From Vampirovibrionia bacterium (GTDB lineage Bacteria; Cyanobacteriota; Vampirovibrionia; LMEP-6097), in NCBI GenBank assembly GCA_049314535.1, contig JBMOEX010000001.1, positions 404-64,403 on the forward strand: a stretch of 64,000 bases of DNA. The letters are read 5' to 3'. Positions 8,670 through 18,204 of this stretch are shown piece by piece. Under the pieces are notes generated by a model. It ran no database searches. It saw only the letters and a program-made list of their open reading frames with translations, and was not told the DNA's origin. Numbering within the stretch: position 1 is the first letter of the stretch; every line of letters starts with the position of its first letter. The translations under genes and the position numbers were made by a program.

Positions 8670-10058
8670 ATGGAACCTCTTTTAGATCCTAATATCGCAG
8701 AGAATCTTATTAATCATGCGTTGAAGCAGGGAGCTGATTTCTGTGATATTTTTATCGAAAGAAAAAATCATTTAAGTTTTAAGCAGGCTTCTAAACAGCT
8801 AGATTCGATTAATTCTGGTATAGATTTTGGTTTAGGTATTCGCTTGATTTATGGTTCTGAAGTTTATTATGGTACGGCAAGTACTTTAGATGAGTTAGAG
8901 CTGTTAAAAATAGTTTCTAATCTTAAGTCTAATGCAAGTTCTGCCGAGGGAAAGCAGGTATTGCCATTTACTGAAACCCTTTTGGGGAGTGATTTGAATT
9001 CTGGTTTAAAGAATGAAGACTGGCAGGAGAAAATCCAATTTTTATTAAATATGGATAGGCAGATGCGTTTTTTGAGTGAGAAGCTTATTCAGGTGAATTT
9101 AAATCTTGCACAAAGCACGCAGGAAGTGCAGATATACAATTCAGAAGGTTTAAATATTTCGGATATTCGTAATTATATTCGCCTCAGTGTAACTGCTATC
9201 GCCGAGGATGGTAATTTAAGAGAGGATGCTTATGAAGCTCCAGGAGCTACTATGGATATGGATTTTATCCGTCAGTTAGATTCTGAGAGCCTTGGAGAGA
9301 AAGTCGTTTCAAGAGCATTAAGGAAGCTTTCTGCGATAGCCTGCCCAGCTGGAAAAATGCCAGTCATTTTAGAAAATGCTTTTGGTGGTGTTATTTTTCA
9401 TGAAGCCTGCGGGCATCTTTTAGAGACTACTAGTGTCCAAAGGCGTTCTAGTGTTTTTTGGGATAAGATGAATCAGCAGATCGCAAATACAGCTGTTACT
9501 GCGGTAGATGACGGTACTATCGCTGATAAGTGGGGCAGTATAAAGATTGATGATGAAGGGCGTCAGACGCAGCGGACTGAATTGATCGTGAATGGAGTTT
9601 TAAAAAACTTTCTTGTGGATTATGTCGGGCATTTAAAAACTCAGTATCCCTTGAGTGCCTCTGCTAGGCGCGAAAGTTATCGTTATGCACCAGCTTCACG
9701 TATGCGTAATACTTTTATTTGCCCAGGTAATTTTTCTCGGGATGAATTAATTTCTTCTATAGATTACGGTCTTTATGCTGAGAGCCTTGGTGGTGGTAGT
9801 GTGATTCCAGGTACTGGTGAGTTTAACTTTGCAGTGAATAGCGGTTATTTAATCGAAAATGGTAAACTAACGAAGCCCGTTAAGGGAGCGACTTTAATCG
9901 GTACTGGTCCTGAAATATTACAGAGAATTTCGATGGTGGGTAAAGAATTAGAACTCGCAGCTGGAATGTGTGGTTCGGTTAGTGGCTCAGTTCCAGTAAC
10001 CGTAGGACAGCCGCCTCTTAAAGTTGATGAGATACTAGTCGGTGGGGAGCTTTCATAA
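8670..10058 (+). CDS. tldD: metalloprotease TldD
   Basis: 462 aa, ..FHEACGHLLE.. HExxxH-type motif, typical TldD length and C-terminus. The pmbA-like paralog follows with a 1-nt overlap. Confidence 0.8.
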   Translation: MEPLLDPNIAENLINHALKQGADFCDIFIERKNHLSFKQASKQLDSINSGIDFGLGIRLIYGSEVYYGTASTLDELELLKIVSNLKSNASSAEGKQVLPFTETLLGSDLNSGLKNEDWQEKIQFLLNMDRQMRFLSEKLIQVNLNLAQSTQEVQIYNSEGLNISDIRNYIRLSVTAIAEDGNLREDAYEAPGATMDMDFIRQLDSESLGEKVVSRALRKLSAIACPAGKMPVILENAFGGVIFHEACGHLLETTSVQRRSSVFWDKMNQQIANTAVTAVDDGTIADKWGSIKIDDEGRQTQRTELIVNGVLKNFLVDYVGHLKTQYPLSASARRESYRYAPASRMRNTFICPGNFSRDELISSIDYGLYAESLGGGSVIPGTGEFNFAVNSGYLIENGKLTKPVKGATLIGTGPEILQRISMVGKELELAAGMCGSVSGSVPVTVGQPPLKVDEILVGGELS

Positions 10059-11401
10059 TGACTGATAGAAAAGTAGATTTAGTTTTAGAGGAAATTTTGA
10101 CTAATTGTAAGCGGCTTGGCGTGAATGATTATGAGGTGCTGATGAAAGATTCTAATTCTGAAATTTATTCCCATGATAAAGGAAAAGTTTTAGAGCAGAA
10201 AGTCACTCAGAATCAAGTACTTGGACTTAGATTATTTTCAGAGGGGAAAGTTGGAATGAGTTACACTGAAGCTTTAGATTCAGAATCTTTAAAGGCTGTC
10301 TGTGAGCAGGCTATGTTAACTCTTAAATTCTCTACTCCTAATCCCAATCAGCTTTTAGCTTTAGAAACTATTAGTGTCATAGATGATAATTCAGAACTTA
10401 ATCAGGAATTAGATATTTCGATAGAAGAAAAATTGGCTTTAGCTAGGGACCTAGAAAATGAAGTTTTTAATTTATCTAGTCATGTTAAATCAGTTCCCTA
10501 TAATGGTTTAGCATTCTCTAGTGCAAGGACTTTTATAAGGAACTCTAAGGGCATAAATTCTGAGCTATCGCGCAAGCAGGTAAGGGCGACCAGTTCATGT
10601 TTACTTGAGCATGAAGCTAAGCAGGCTTTTGATTACATTAGTTATAGCTATTCTAATTTAGATGAAATTAATCCTCGTGAAATGGCTAAAAAAGTTTATG
10701 AAGAAAGTTTCGCTATGCTTGATGCTGGGCCATTAAGTAATGGACACTATGACGTGGTTTTTAATCCTGAAACTTTTGAGGAGCTGTTTCATACTTTTAG
10801 TGTAATTTTTTCTTCAGAAGCTGCTCGTAAAGAACTTAATCCATTATGGAAACAGCGAAATTCTTTAATAGCCTCACCTTTGCTTAGTGTCTATGATAGA
10901 CCTAGAGCCGCTTATGGGCTGGGGCGTGTTTTAATTGATGATGAGGGTGTGGCTACAGCTAATCATGCTCTTATTGAAAATGGATATTTTATTGATGGTA
11001 TCTATAATTCTTATACGGCTAATTTTTTCGGAACTAAAAGCTCTGGTCATGCGAAAAGAAGTCCGAAATCATCTTTAGATGTGCAATTACATCAACCAGA
11101 AATCGCTGCTGGTTTGAGTTCTAAAGAGGAGATTTATAAAGGACGGCTTCTCTATATTACAAGATTAGATGGTCTTCATTCTGGTGCTAATTTGATTTCG
11201 GGAGATTTTTCTTTCGGTGTCGCTGGCTATGTTTTAGAGGATGGGGCTAAACAGTTTAGCTTTAAAGAGACCACGGTAAAGGGTAATTTTTATCAGATGC
11301 TTAAAGATATTATGCTTATTGGTTCTGAGATAAAGCCTTCTAATTTAGGAGACTTTTTCGCTCCAGAGATTCGCTTTGCTGCTTTGAGTTTAGCTTCGTG
11401 A
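10058..11401 (+). CDS. pmbA: metalloprotease PmbA/TldE
   Basis: 447 aa, TldD/PmbA-family architecture. ATGA overlap with tldD. Confidence 0.75.
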   Translation: MTDRKVDLVLEEILTNCKRLGVNDYEVLMKDSNSEIYSHDKGKVLEQKVTQNQVLGLRLFSEGKVGMSYTEALDSESLKAVCEQAMLTLKFSTPNPNQLLALETISVIDDNSELNQELDISIEEKLALARDLENEVFNLSSHVKSVPYNGLAFSSARTFIRNSKGINSELSRKQVRATSSCLLEHEAKQAFDYISYSYSNLDEINPREMAKKVYEESFAMLDAGPLSNGHYDVVFNPETFEELFHTFSVIFSSEAARKELNPLWKQRNSLIASPLLSVYDRPRAAYGLGRVLIDDEGVATANHALIENGYFIDGIYNSYTANFFGTKSSGHAKRSPKSSLDVQLHQPEIAAGLSSKEEIYKGRLLYITRLDGLHSGANLISGDFSFGVAGYVLEDGAKQFSFKETTVKGNFYQMLKDIMLIGSEIKPSNLGDFFAPEIRFAALSLAS

Positions 11402-11451
11402 GTGTTTGCTGAGTTTTAAAATAGAATCTGCCCCCATTTTTTCGCACCGAC

Positions 11452-12960
11452 TTGTATTTACTCAATATCTGGGCTATTATCTTACTTGGCATGAATCTTC
11501 AGGTATTAGGCTCATCAGATGACGGTCTTCGGATGAATTCACGAGGAGTAATTCCAGTTCAGGGAGTAGAATCTAGTGCAAGCTTTGAAATAGCATCTCA
11601 ATCAAAAGCATCCTCAAAAAGACCTCCAGATATCATTGAAATATCTACTCCACTAGATGAGATTAACGATTTACAGCATGTTCGGAAAGATTTACATTTT
11701 CCTGTAACGATAGATGAGTCTCTATTCACAGAAATTATGCATCCTAAATCTCAAGAAGATTTAGAGAAATATTTGCCTTGGAGGTATTTGGTGCGCGATA
11801 TTTTTCAACCTAAGCCAGTAATTGTAGAGGATACGAATGAAGAATTGGAGCGAATAAACTCAAGATCAAGAAAAGATGTTGATCCTATTCGTGAGCAAAG
11901 ATATTGGCAAAATCAAATATTTCTTAGATACGCTGTAGAGGAAGGGCTATCCGAAGGACGCCATGGAAAAGATTTAAAATCATGGCTTGAAGATTTACAT
12001 AAAATAGCTTGTTCTGGTTTAGATGGTCATAACCATTATTACGATTGGAATGAGGAGAATGCTGAATTCTCTAGCAGGGATGAAGGTCTCATGACTCGAT
12101 ATCAAAACAAAAGCCCTGAAGAAATAGAGGACTATTTAAATAAATTTAAGCAGTTTTTACAACTAGGAATCCCTAGAGAGGGTAATAAGCAAGACTTGCT
12201 AGATGATTTTGCAAAAAAATATGTAGATGTAATTGTATATCCGCCTTTTGAGAGGGTTAATAATTCTCTGGTTATGAATATATTAAATCTAATGCTAACA
12301 AAACAGGGGATGCATCAAATTTCACACGGTAATTTAGATCAAAGTCTCTGTGATTGTAAACGCTGGGATAGTGATTGGAGACTTCAAAGGGCAATAGGAG
12401 AATTTCCTCGTAGTATCTTTTTAAGAGCTATATTGCAAACAAACCCAAGGCTTGAAAAAGACTTACGTAGCTTATTAAAGACTCCAGATGGATTTGCAGA
12501 AAAATATGAACGTTATTTAGAGAAATTATCAAAACTTGATAGTAGTGGTGTATTAAGTTCTGAAACATATCATTTAATGGAATATTTATCTGTAAGTGAT
12601 CTTGGGAAAAAATGTGAAACTTTTCAAGAAGTAATTAAGATCACAGATTTATTGAAAAAAGGTGCTCAAAAGGGAGTATTTACGGAGAAGTTGTTGACAA
12701 ATCACTTGGAAGATATCAGAAAAGCATTTGATAATTTAAATTTAAATGTAGATTCATTGCAGAGACAAAAAAACCTTTTGCTTCTAAGTCTTGGCTTGAA
12801 GTCGCGTTATCCTAATTTTGATACTCATGTTCCGACTCTAAAAGAACTTGTATCTAATTGTATGAGAGAGTTAGCATTACAGAACATGGATGGTTTTCAG
12901 CACCCAAGGCTATGTAAAGAAGGTCGTGACTTTTTAGATAATACAGATCCCTTAATGTGA
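11452..12960 (+). CDS. hypothetical protein with a hydrophobic N-terminus (possible signal peptide)
   Basis: 502 aa. N-terminus MYLLNIWAIILLGMNLQVLG. No confident domain. Confidence 0.4.
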   Translation: MYLLNIWAIILLGMNLQVLGSSDDGLRMNSRGVIPVQGVESSASFEIASQSKASSKRPPDIIEISTPLDEINDLQHVRKDLHFPVTIDESLFTEIMHPKSQEDLEKYLPWRYLVRDIFQPKPVIVEDTNEELERINSRSRKDVDPIREQRYWQNQIFLRYAVEEGLSEGRHGKDLKSWLEDLHKIACSGLDGHNHYYDWNEENAEFSSRDEGLMTRYQNKSPEEIEDYLNKFKQFLQLGIPREGNKQDLLDDFAKKYVDVIVYPPFERVNNSLVMNILNLMLTKQGMHQISHGNLDQSLCDCKRWDSDWRLQRAIGEFPRSIFLRAILQTNPRLEKDLRSLLKTPDGFAEKYERYLEKLSKLDSSGVLSSETYHLMEYLSVSDLGKKCETFQEVIKITDLLKKGAQKGVFTEKLLTNHLEDIRKAFDNLNLNVDSLQRQKNLLLLSLGLKSRYPNFDTHVPTLKELVSNCMRELALQNMDGFQHPRLCKEGRDFLDNTDPLM

Positions 12961-12985
12961 ATCCCAATAAGCTAAAATGGTTTAA

Positions 12986-14635
12986 GTGGTTTTAGTTGAT
13001 AGAAGAAGTCTTATGAAATTTCTGGGTTTAGGATTGGCTTTACCAGTTTTGAATTCTTGCGACAGCCTTATTGAACATTTTTCTTATAATAAAAATCTTG
13101 AAGTCAGTCCTGGTGTTGAGTTTAAATCTATTCTCGGTACTTTTAAATCTTTAGAAGCGAATTCTTTAGATGAATTAGTGCTTCCTGAAGGGTATAGCTA
13201 CGATATTCTTTGCTCTTATGGAGATGTGATTCTGAGCTCTAAGTCTAAAAGTGAGTCTGGAGAATCTGCGGAGCAGTCTCAATATCTAAAGTTTGGTTAT
13301 AATAACGATTATATAGGTTTTATTCCACTAGGCAGTGATGAAGCTTTGCTTGCTGTGAATCATGAATTTTTAGATCCTTTAGATATTCCAGTTGAAGCGG
13401 AGCAGAGAAAAGCTGTCGGCGTTTCGATTGTGAAAATAAAGAAGGACAGTCATGGTCTGTGGAAGCTTGATGAAGATTCAGAATCTCAGCGAGAATTTAA
13501 TAGACGCATAACCGCAAATACTGTTTGTACTGTCAGTGGTGCAGTAGCAGAGCTTTATCCTCAAATGACTGGAACACTTGCTAACTGTAGCGGAGCTGTA
13601 ACTCCTTGGAATACGGTGCTTACTTGTGAGGAAAATTATTATTTATTTGATGAGATTTATAAATGGAAAAATTTTGATGCAAAGCAATATGGCTGGATAG
13701 TAGAAATTAATCCTTTAAAGCCAGACTCTAAGCCGATTAAGCATACTGCTTTAGGGCGTATGGCTCATGAAAACTGCGCTTTAGTTAAATCGCATGATGA
13801 GAGAATGGTAGTCTACATGGGAGATGATAAAGAACGTCAATTTATTTATAAATTTGTTTCTAAAAATCCTGTAATAATGCCTAAGAATTTTAAAGATATT
13901 GAGCTTGAGGCTCATTTGAGTCCTTTTTCTGAAGGAGACCTCTATGTAGCTAAATTAGATAAGAATTTAAACTTCACTGAACTTAACTCAGGTAAAGGGA
14001 AGTGGTTAAAACTTAGTGTAGATAATCCCGTCTTGAAATCTAAATTTAAATCACAGGCAGAATTATTGATAGAAACTAGGCTCGCAGCTAAATATCTAGC
14101 TGCAACACCCATGGATAGACCAGAGTCATTATCGGTGAGCCCTAAAGATGGCTCTATTGTCGCTGCTTTAACTTATAGTCCTGCTGAAAAAAATAATTTC
14201 GGCTCACTATTTAGAATAGTCGAGGATAATTCTCATTCGGAGTCCATGACCTTTCATTATGAGAATTTAATTCTAGGTGGTAAAGCCTCTGGCTTTGCTT
14301 GTCCTGATAATATTCACTTTGATAAAAATAGTAATTTATGGTTAGCTACTGATATTGATGGTGCTAAGTTAAATAAAGCACCTTATGATTTTCAAGGAAA
14401 TAACAGTCTTTTTGTTATTCCAAGTGAAGGCCCTCATGCTGGTAAAGCACTTCGTTTTGCAAGTGCTCCTACTGGAGCCGAATTCTGTGGCATTTGTTTC
14501 TCTGAAGATTCTAAAACTTTATTCCTTTCAGTGCAGCATCCTGGAGAAGGTGGTTCACAGAGCAGATGGCCTTATGGTACTAATGTCGCTAAATCATCTA
14601 TAGTCGCTATTTATCAAGAACTAGAGTGGTGGTAA
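12986..14635 (+). CDS. PhoX-family (DUF839) secreted phosphatase-like lipoprotein
   Basis: N-terminal RRSLMKFLGLGLALPVLNSC is a Tat-like RR motif plus a lipobox. LANCSGAVTPWNTVLTCEEN matches the conserved PhoX ..CAGG.TPWGT.LTCEE.. motif. Confidence 0.55.
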   Translation: MVLVDRRSLMKFLGLGLALPVLNSCDSLIEHFSYNKNLEVSPGVEFKSILGTFKSLEANSLDELVLPEGYSYDILCSYGDVILSSKSKSESGESAEQSQYLKFGYNNDYIGFIPLGSDEALLAVNHEFLDPLDIPVEAEQRKAVGVSIVKIKKDSHGLWKLDEDSESQREFNRRITANTVCTVSGAVAELYPQMTGTLANCSGAVTPWNTVLTCEENYYLFDEIYKWKNFDAKQYGWIVEINPLKPDSKPIKHTALGRMAHENCALVKSHDERMVVYMGDDKERQFIYKFVSKNPVIMPKNFKDIELEAHLSPFSEGDLYVAKLDKNLNFTELNSGKGKWLKLSVDNPVLKSKFKSQAELLIETRLAAKYLAATPMDRPESLSVSPKDGSIVAALTYSPAEKNNFGSLFRIVEDNSHSESMTFHYENLILGGKASGFACPDNIHFDKNSNLWLATDIDGAKLNKAPYDFQGNNSLFVIPSEGPHAGKALRFASAPTGAEFCGICFSEDSKTLFLSVQHPGEGGSQSRWPYGTNVAKSSIVAIYQELEWW

Positions 14636-14643
14636 GCTAAGGT

Positions 14644-16563
14644 ATGGTACTTAAAGTAAATTATCAGAAAATTATTAAGTCAAAAGCAAGTATATTTGTA
14701 TCGATATTTTTTGTATCAATATTTTTTTTTAATTCGTTCTGTTTCGCTGCTGAGACTATTCAAGAGCCTGTTCAAGAGACCACTGCACATAAGGCGGGTG
14801 AAAACGCAGAAAATGGAGTTGTGCAGTGGTCTCTAAAGCATAAATTCTTAAAGCTTGATGCATTGCCTTCTAATAAGGCTCCTAAAGCTGATGATAAATT
14901 TAATGTGATTTTAGAGGGCGTGTTGAGGTCAGACAGTGGCTTTCAAAAAGAAAGATTACGAGTTTTTCTAGATGATAGTTTAATTTCTAGTCCTGAAGAT
15001 TTTATAATACAAACTTTAGCGAAGGATAATAGAGTTAGGTTTACTTTTGCCAAGAGTGATTTAACTTATAAAGCTAAAGCAGCTAATTTACTTAAGATAA
15101 AGTTTTTAGACACAGAACTCGCGGGGAATATTTTAGCGGAGAGGGAAATACCTGTTTTTTTTAAACCTCGTGATACTTTTGAGACTAGTCCAGCCTTTGG
15201 TGGTTTTTTTGATACGCAGAAAATAGTATCTCTCAAAGTAGGGCTGTATGATGATGCTGCTTCGCAGCTCACTTCTATCGAATCATCTGAAATCTCTTCT
15301 AAGCTTAATAAACCTCTTAAAGTATCTTCAGATAAGAAGAAATTTCTATTAACTTTCGAGCATGATCCCCAGTATATTCAAGGTGAATCAGAGAGTACTT
15401 TTAGTGAAAAAAACTCAGTACTCCTAAATAATTTAAAAATCTTTAGCACAGATGCTAATGGTAAGAGAACTAACGTGACTAGTAAATTTTCTTTTAAGTT
15501 GAAAGCTAATTCTACTCATAAGTTTGCTGATTTTTCGACTCTGATAACTCAATTTACCACTGTAGGATTGGCTTACCCTGATATTCAGATTTTAGAATTT
15601 GTCGTAGATGTCGAAGATTATTTGAAAAAAATTAATGTCTTTTTCCCACAAGATGCACAAACTCGTTCTGAGAAAAGTATCAAGATAGGTGCTATTCAGA
15701 TCCCTTTAAGTACAGTAAATATTAATAAAAATACTATAGTTTTTTATGAAGATACTACGGCTAATCAATTCAGTATGATTAGTGATCCCGTTATTTTAAC
15801 TTCTTCTTATGCCACTGCTTTAAATTTAACGACCGTCTCTGCTTTTGCTTTTAATACTAAAGATATTGAGAACCACCCTCTAGCAGATTTAGCTAACTTG
15901 AAGCTCAGCATAAATCCCGCTCAGAAAACCTCTCTAGATTTAGTTTATGAGTTAGATAATATAGTAGTTAATCCTTCTGAGGTTCAAATACCAGTTAAGT
16001 TAAAGCTGAATAAAACTAAGGGCTTCTTTGTTAAAAATAGGGATTTAATGAATTTTGGTGAGCTTAAGACACTAGATTTACCTTTTGCTTTAATCGTGAA
16101 AAACTCTCTGGGAGTGGATAATGATTTAAGGGGACGTTTTAATCAGGCTTTAATTTTTAAATTTATAGATAGTCCTCATTTTATAGATAAGGCTTCTGCG
16201 ACAGTTAAGCTTAATAAGAATCCTTTAAACCCTTCTCTGGTACTGAAGTTTGATTATAATAACAGTGCAGATAGTTCTGTTGATGCGCTAGATCTGGTTA
16301 TTAATCTTTTAGATGCTAACTCTAATAAAGTCGCTACTGCTAAATTTGAAAATTTTTCGACTCTTACTAAAAAAGCTAGTGGGATTTTTCAGAAAACTCT
16401 AACTAATGCTGAGTTAGGTGAAGCCTTCTTTGCGAATATTTCTGCTGTTACGAAAGTACAGTTGGAGCTTCATAGAGATCAAGATTATTTAAATAGACTC
16501 GCTTTAGACCCTGCTCAGTATCCTGTTTTGAATGAAGTAGATACTTTGTTGTTGATCTTATAG
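14644..16563 (+). CDS. hypothetical secreted protein carrying an in-frame palindromic element insertion
   Basis: 639 aa. Signal-peptide-like N-terminus (FVSIFFVSIFFFNSFCFAAE). Residues ~41-64 (..ETTAHKAGENAENGVVQWSL..) are encoded by repeat copy 14776..14833. Confidence 0.45.
   Translation: MVLKVNYQKIIKSKASIFVSIFFVSIFFFNSFCFAAETIQEPVQETTAHKAGENAENGVVQWSLKHKFLKLDALPSNKAPKADDKFNVILEGVLRSDSGFQKERLRVFLDDSLISSPEDFIIQTLAKDNRVRFTFAKSDLTYKAKAANLLKIKFLDTELAGNILAEREIPVFFKPRDTFETSPAFGGFFDTQKIVSLKVGLYDDAASQLTSIESSEISSKLNKPLKVSSDKKKFLLTFEHDPQYIQGESESTFSEKNSVLLNNLKIFSTDANGKRTNVTSKFSFKLKANSTHKFADFSTLITQFTTVGLAYPDIQILEFVVDVEDYLKKINVFFPQDAQTRSEKSIKIGAIQIPLSTVNINKNTIVFYEDTTANQFSMISDPVILTSSYATALNLTTVSAFAFNTKDIENHPLADLANLKLSINPAQKTSLDLVYELDNIVVNPSEVQIPVKLKLNKTKGFFVKNRDLMNFGELKTLDLPFALIVKNSLGVDNDLRGRFNQALIFKFIDSPHFIDKASATVKLNKNPLNPSLVLKFDYNNSADSSVDALDLVINLLDANSNKVATAKFENFSTLTKKASGIFQKTLTNAELGEAFFANISAVTKVQLELHRDQDYLNRLALDPAQYPVLNEVDTLLLIL
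14776..14833. repeat. palindromic repeat element copy (GAGACC...GGTCTC type), in-frame inside a CDS
   Basis: gagaccactgcaca-taaggcgggtgaaaacgcagaaaatggagt-tgtgcagtggtctc. 14-bp perfect terminal inverted repeats. Confidence 0.7.
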
Positions 16564-16893
16564 ATCTGTAAGTATTCTGAGAGATACCTCTGCAAGCTCT
16601 TCTTCACTCATGTGTTCAAACTCAACCCAAAGCTCTTCTATATCTTCTTTATAGTCTGCAAAGTCTTGATGTGCTGTAATGAACTTCTCGACTTTTCCAT
16701 AAGTTCTAAAGAAAGTAATAGATCTATAAAGATCTAAGGCTAGGGATTGGTAGAGACTATAAGTCTCAACTTCTCGTGAAGAGAAGAAAGATAGCACCAG
16801 TTCTTTTTGGGCTACTTCTGATGATGCAAATGAGTTTTTATCGAAATCGTTGAAATGATCCATAAGCAGAGAAAAACATTTGTAGATTAACAC
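16558..16893 (-). CDS. hypothetical protein
   Basis: 111-aa ORF. The real start may be the internal Met (MDHFNDF..). No motif. Confidence 0.3.
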   Translation of the reverse strand: MLIYKCFSLLMDHFNDFDKNSFASSEVAQKELVLSFFSSREVETYSLYQSLALDLYRSITFFRTYGKVEKFITAHQDFADYKEDIEELWVEFEHMSEEELAEVSLRILTDL

Positions 16894-16980
16894 CTAGTTA
16901 AGGCTGAAGGGAATTAAAACTTATTTTTCATTATTTTTAACTATGAATGAGGTCATTCCACTAAGTTATACTTAAGTCTA

Positions 16981-18204
16981 ATGACCTCATCAGATTTTGA
17001 TACCGTAGAATCAGCTATAGAAGATATTCGTAACGGAAAGATGATTATTGTTGCAGATGACGATAATCGTGAAAATGAAGGTGATTTAATCTGCGCAGCA
17101 GAGAAGGTAAGCCCAGAGATTATTAATTTTATGAGCAAGCATGCTCGTGGTTTGATTTGTTTAACTTTAGATTCAGAGACTGTAAAGAAGCTCAATCTAG
17201 ATGACATGGTAAGGGAAAATACCGATGCTAATAAAACAGCTTTTACCATTAGCATTGATGCTGATCCACGTTTTGGGGTGACTACTGGTATAAGTGCTTT
17301 TGATCGAGCAAAGACTATAGAAGTAGCTTTAGCTAATGACGTAGTCGCCAGTGATCTGAGAAGACCTGGACATATCTTTCCTCTTAAGTCCGTGGAGGGT
17401 GGTGTTTTGAAGAGGGTCGGTCATACTGAGGCTTCAGTGGATCTTGCTCGCTTAGCTGGTCTTAAACCATCTGGAGTTATCTGTGAAATTCTTAAAGATA
17501 ATGGTGAGATGGCTAGGCGTGATGATCTTTTTAAGTATGCTAAAGAGTTTGGGCTGAAATTCATTACTATAGCTGATTTGGTGGCTTATAGACTTAAGAA
17601 AGAACGTTTTGTGCATCGTATTGTAGATGTAGCTCTGCCAAATAAGTATTCCGAAGATTTTAGAATATATGGTTATAAAGATTCTCTTTCGGATAAAGAG
17701 CATGTAGCTTTAGTTTTAGGTGATTTAGAGAAAGCTGTTGAAGATTCTAAGCCAGTTTTAGTTAGGGTGCACAGTGAATGCTTAACTGGAGATTTATTTG
17801 GTAGTTTGCGCTGTGATTGTGGAACCCAGTTAGATGGAGCGATTAAACAGATTCGTGAAGCAGGTTTGGGCGTTTTAGTATATTTAAGGCAGGAAGGTAG
17901 GGGCATTGGTCTTTTAAATAAATTAAAGGCATATGAATTGCAGGATGAAGGTCACGACACGGTTTCAGCTAATTTACAGTTGGGTTTCCCTGCTGATTTA
18001 AGGACTTTTGGTGTAGGAGCACAGATACTTTCCGATTTAGGACTTAAGGAAATTAAACTGCTTACTAATAATCCGAAGAAGATTTATGGGATAGAGGGAT
18101 ATGGTCTGAAAATCACAGAGAGGGTTCCACTGCATTATGAAGCATGTAAGCATAATGAAAAATACTTAGAGACTAAGAGAAACAAGTTAGGTCATTTATT
18201 TTAA
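16981..18204 (+). CDS. ribBA: bifunctional 3,4-dihydroxy-2-butanone-4-phosphate synthase / GTP cyclohydrolase II
   Basis: N-terminal RibB domain (..RENEGDL.., ..GHTEA..). C-terminal RibA domain with the zinc motif CLTGDLFGSLRCDCG and ..RQEGRGIGL.. . Confidence 0.9.
   Translation: MTSSDFDTVESAIEDIRNGKMIIVADDDNRENEGDLICAAEKVSPEIINFMSKHARGLICLTLDSETVKKLNLDDMVRENTDANKTAFTISIDADPRFGVTTGISAFDRAKTIEVALANDVVASDLRRPGHIFPLKSVEGGVLKRVGHTEASVDLARLAGLKPSGVICEILKDNGEMARRDDLFKYAKEFGLKFITIADLVAYRLKKERFVHRIVDVALPNKYSEDFRIYGYKDSLSDKEHVALVLGDLEKAVEDSKPVLVRVHSECLTGDLFGSLRCDCGTQLDGAIKQIREAGLGVLVYLRQEGRGIGLLNKLKAYELQDEGHDTVSANLQLGFPADLRTFGVGAQILSDLGLKEIKLLTNNPKKIYGIEGYGLKITERVPLHYEACKHNEKYLETKRNKLGHLF

Noticed and set aside
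11452-12960. Degenerate Fic-like motif (VYPPFERVNNSLV) in the 502-aa protein
   Set aside because: The catalytic His is not alignable (Tyr in its place) and the rest of the HPFx(D/E)GNGR motif is only loosely matched. It is too weak to call a Fic/Doc domain without profile evidence.
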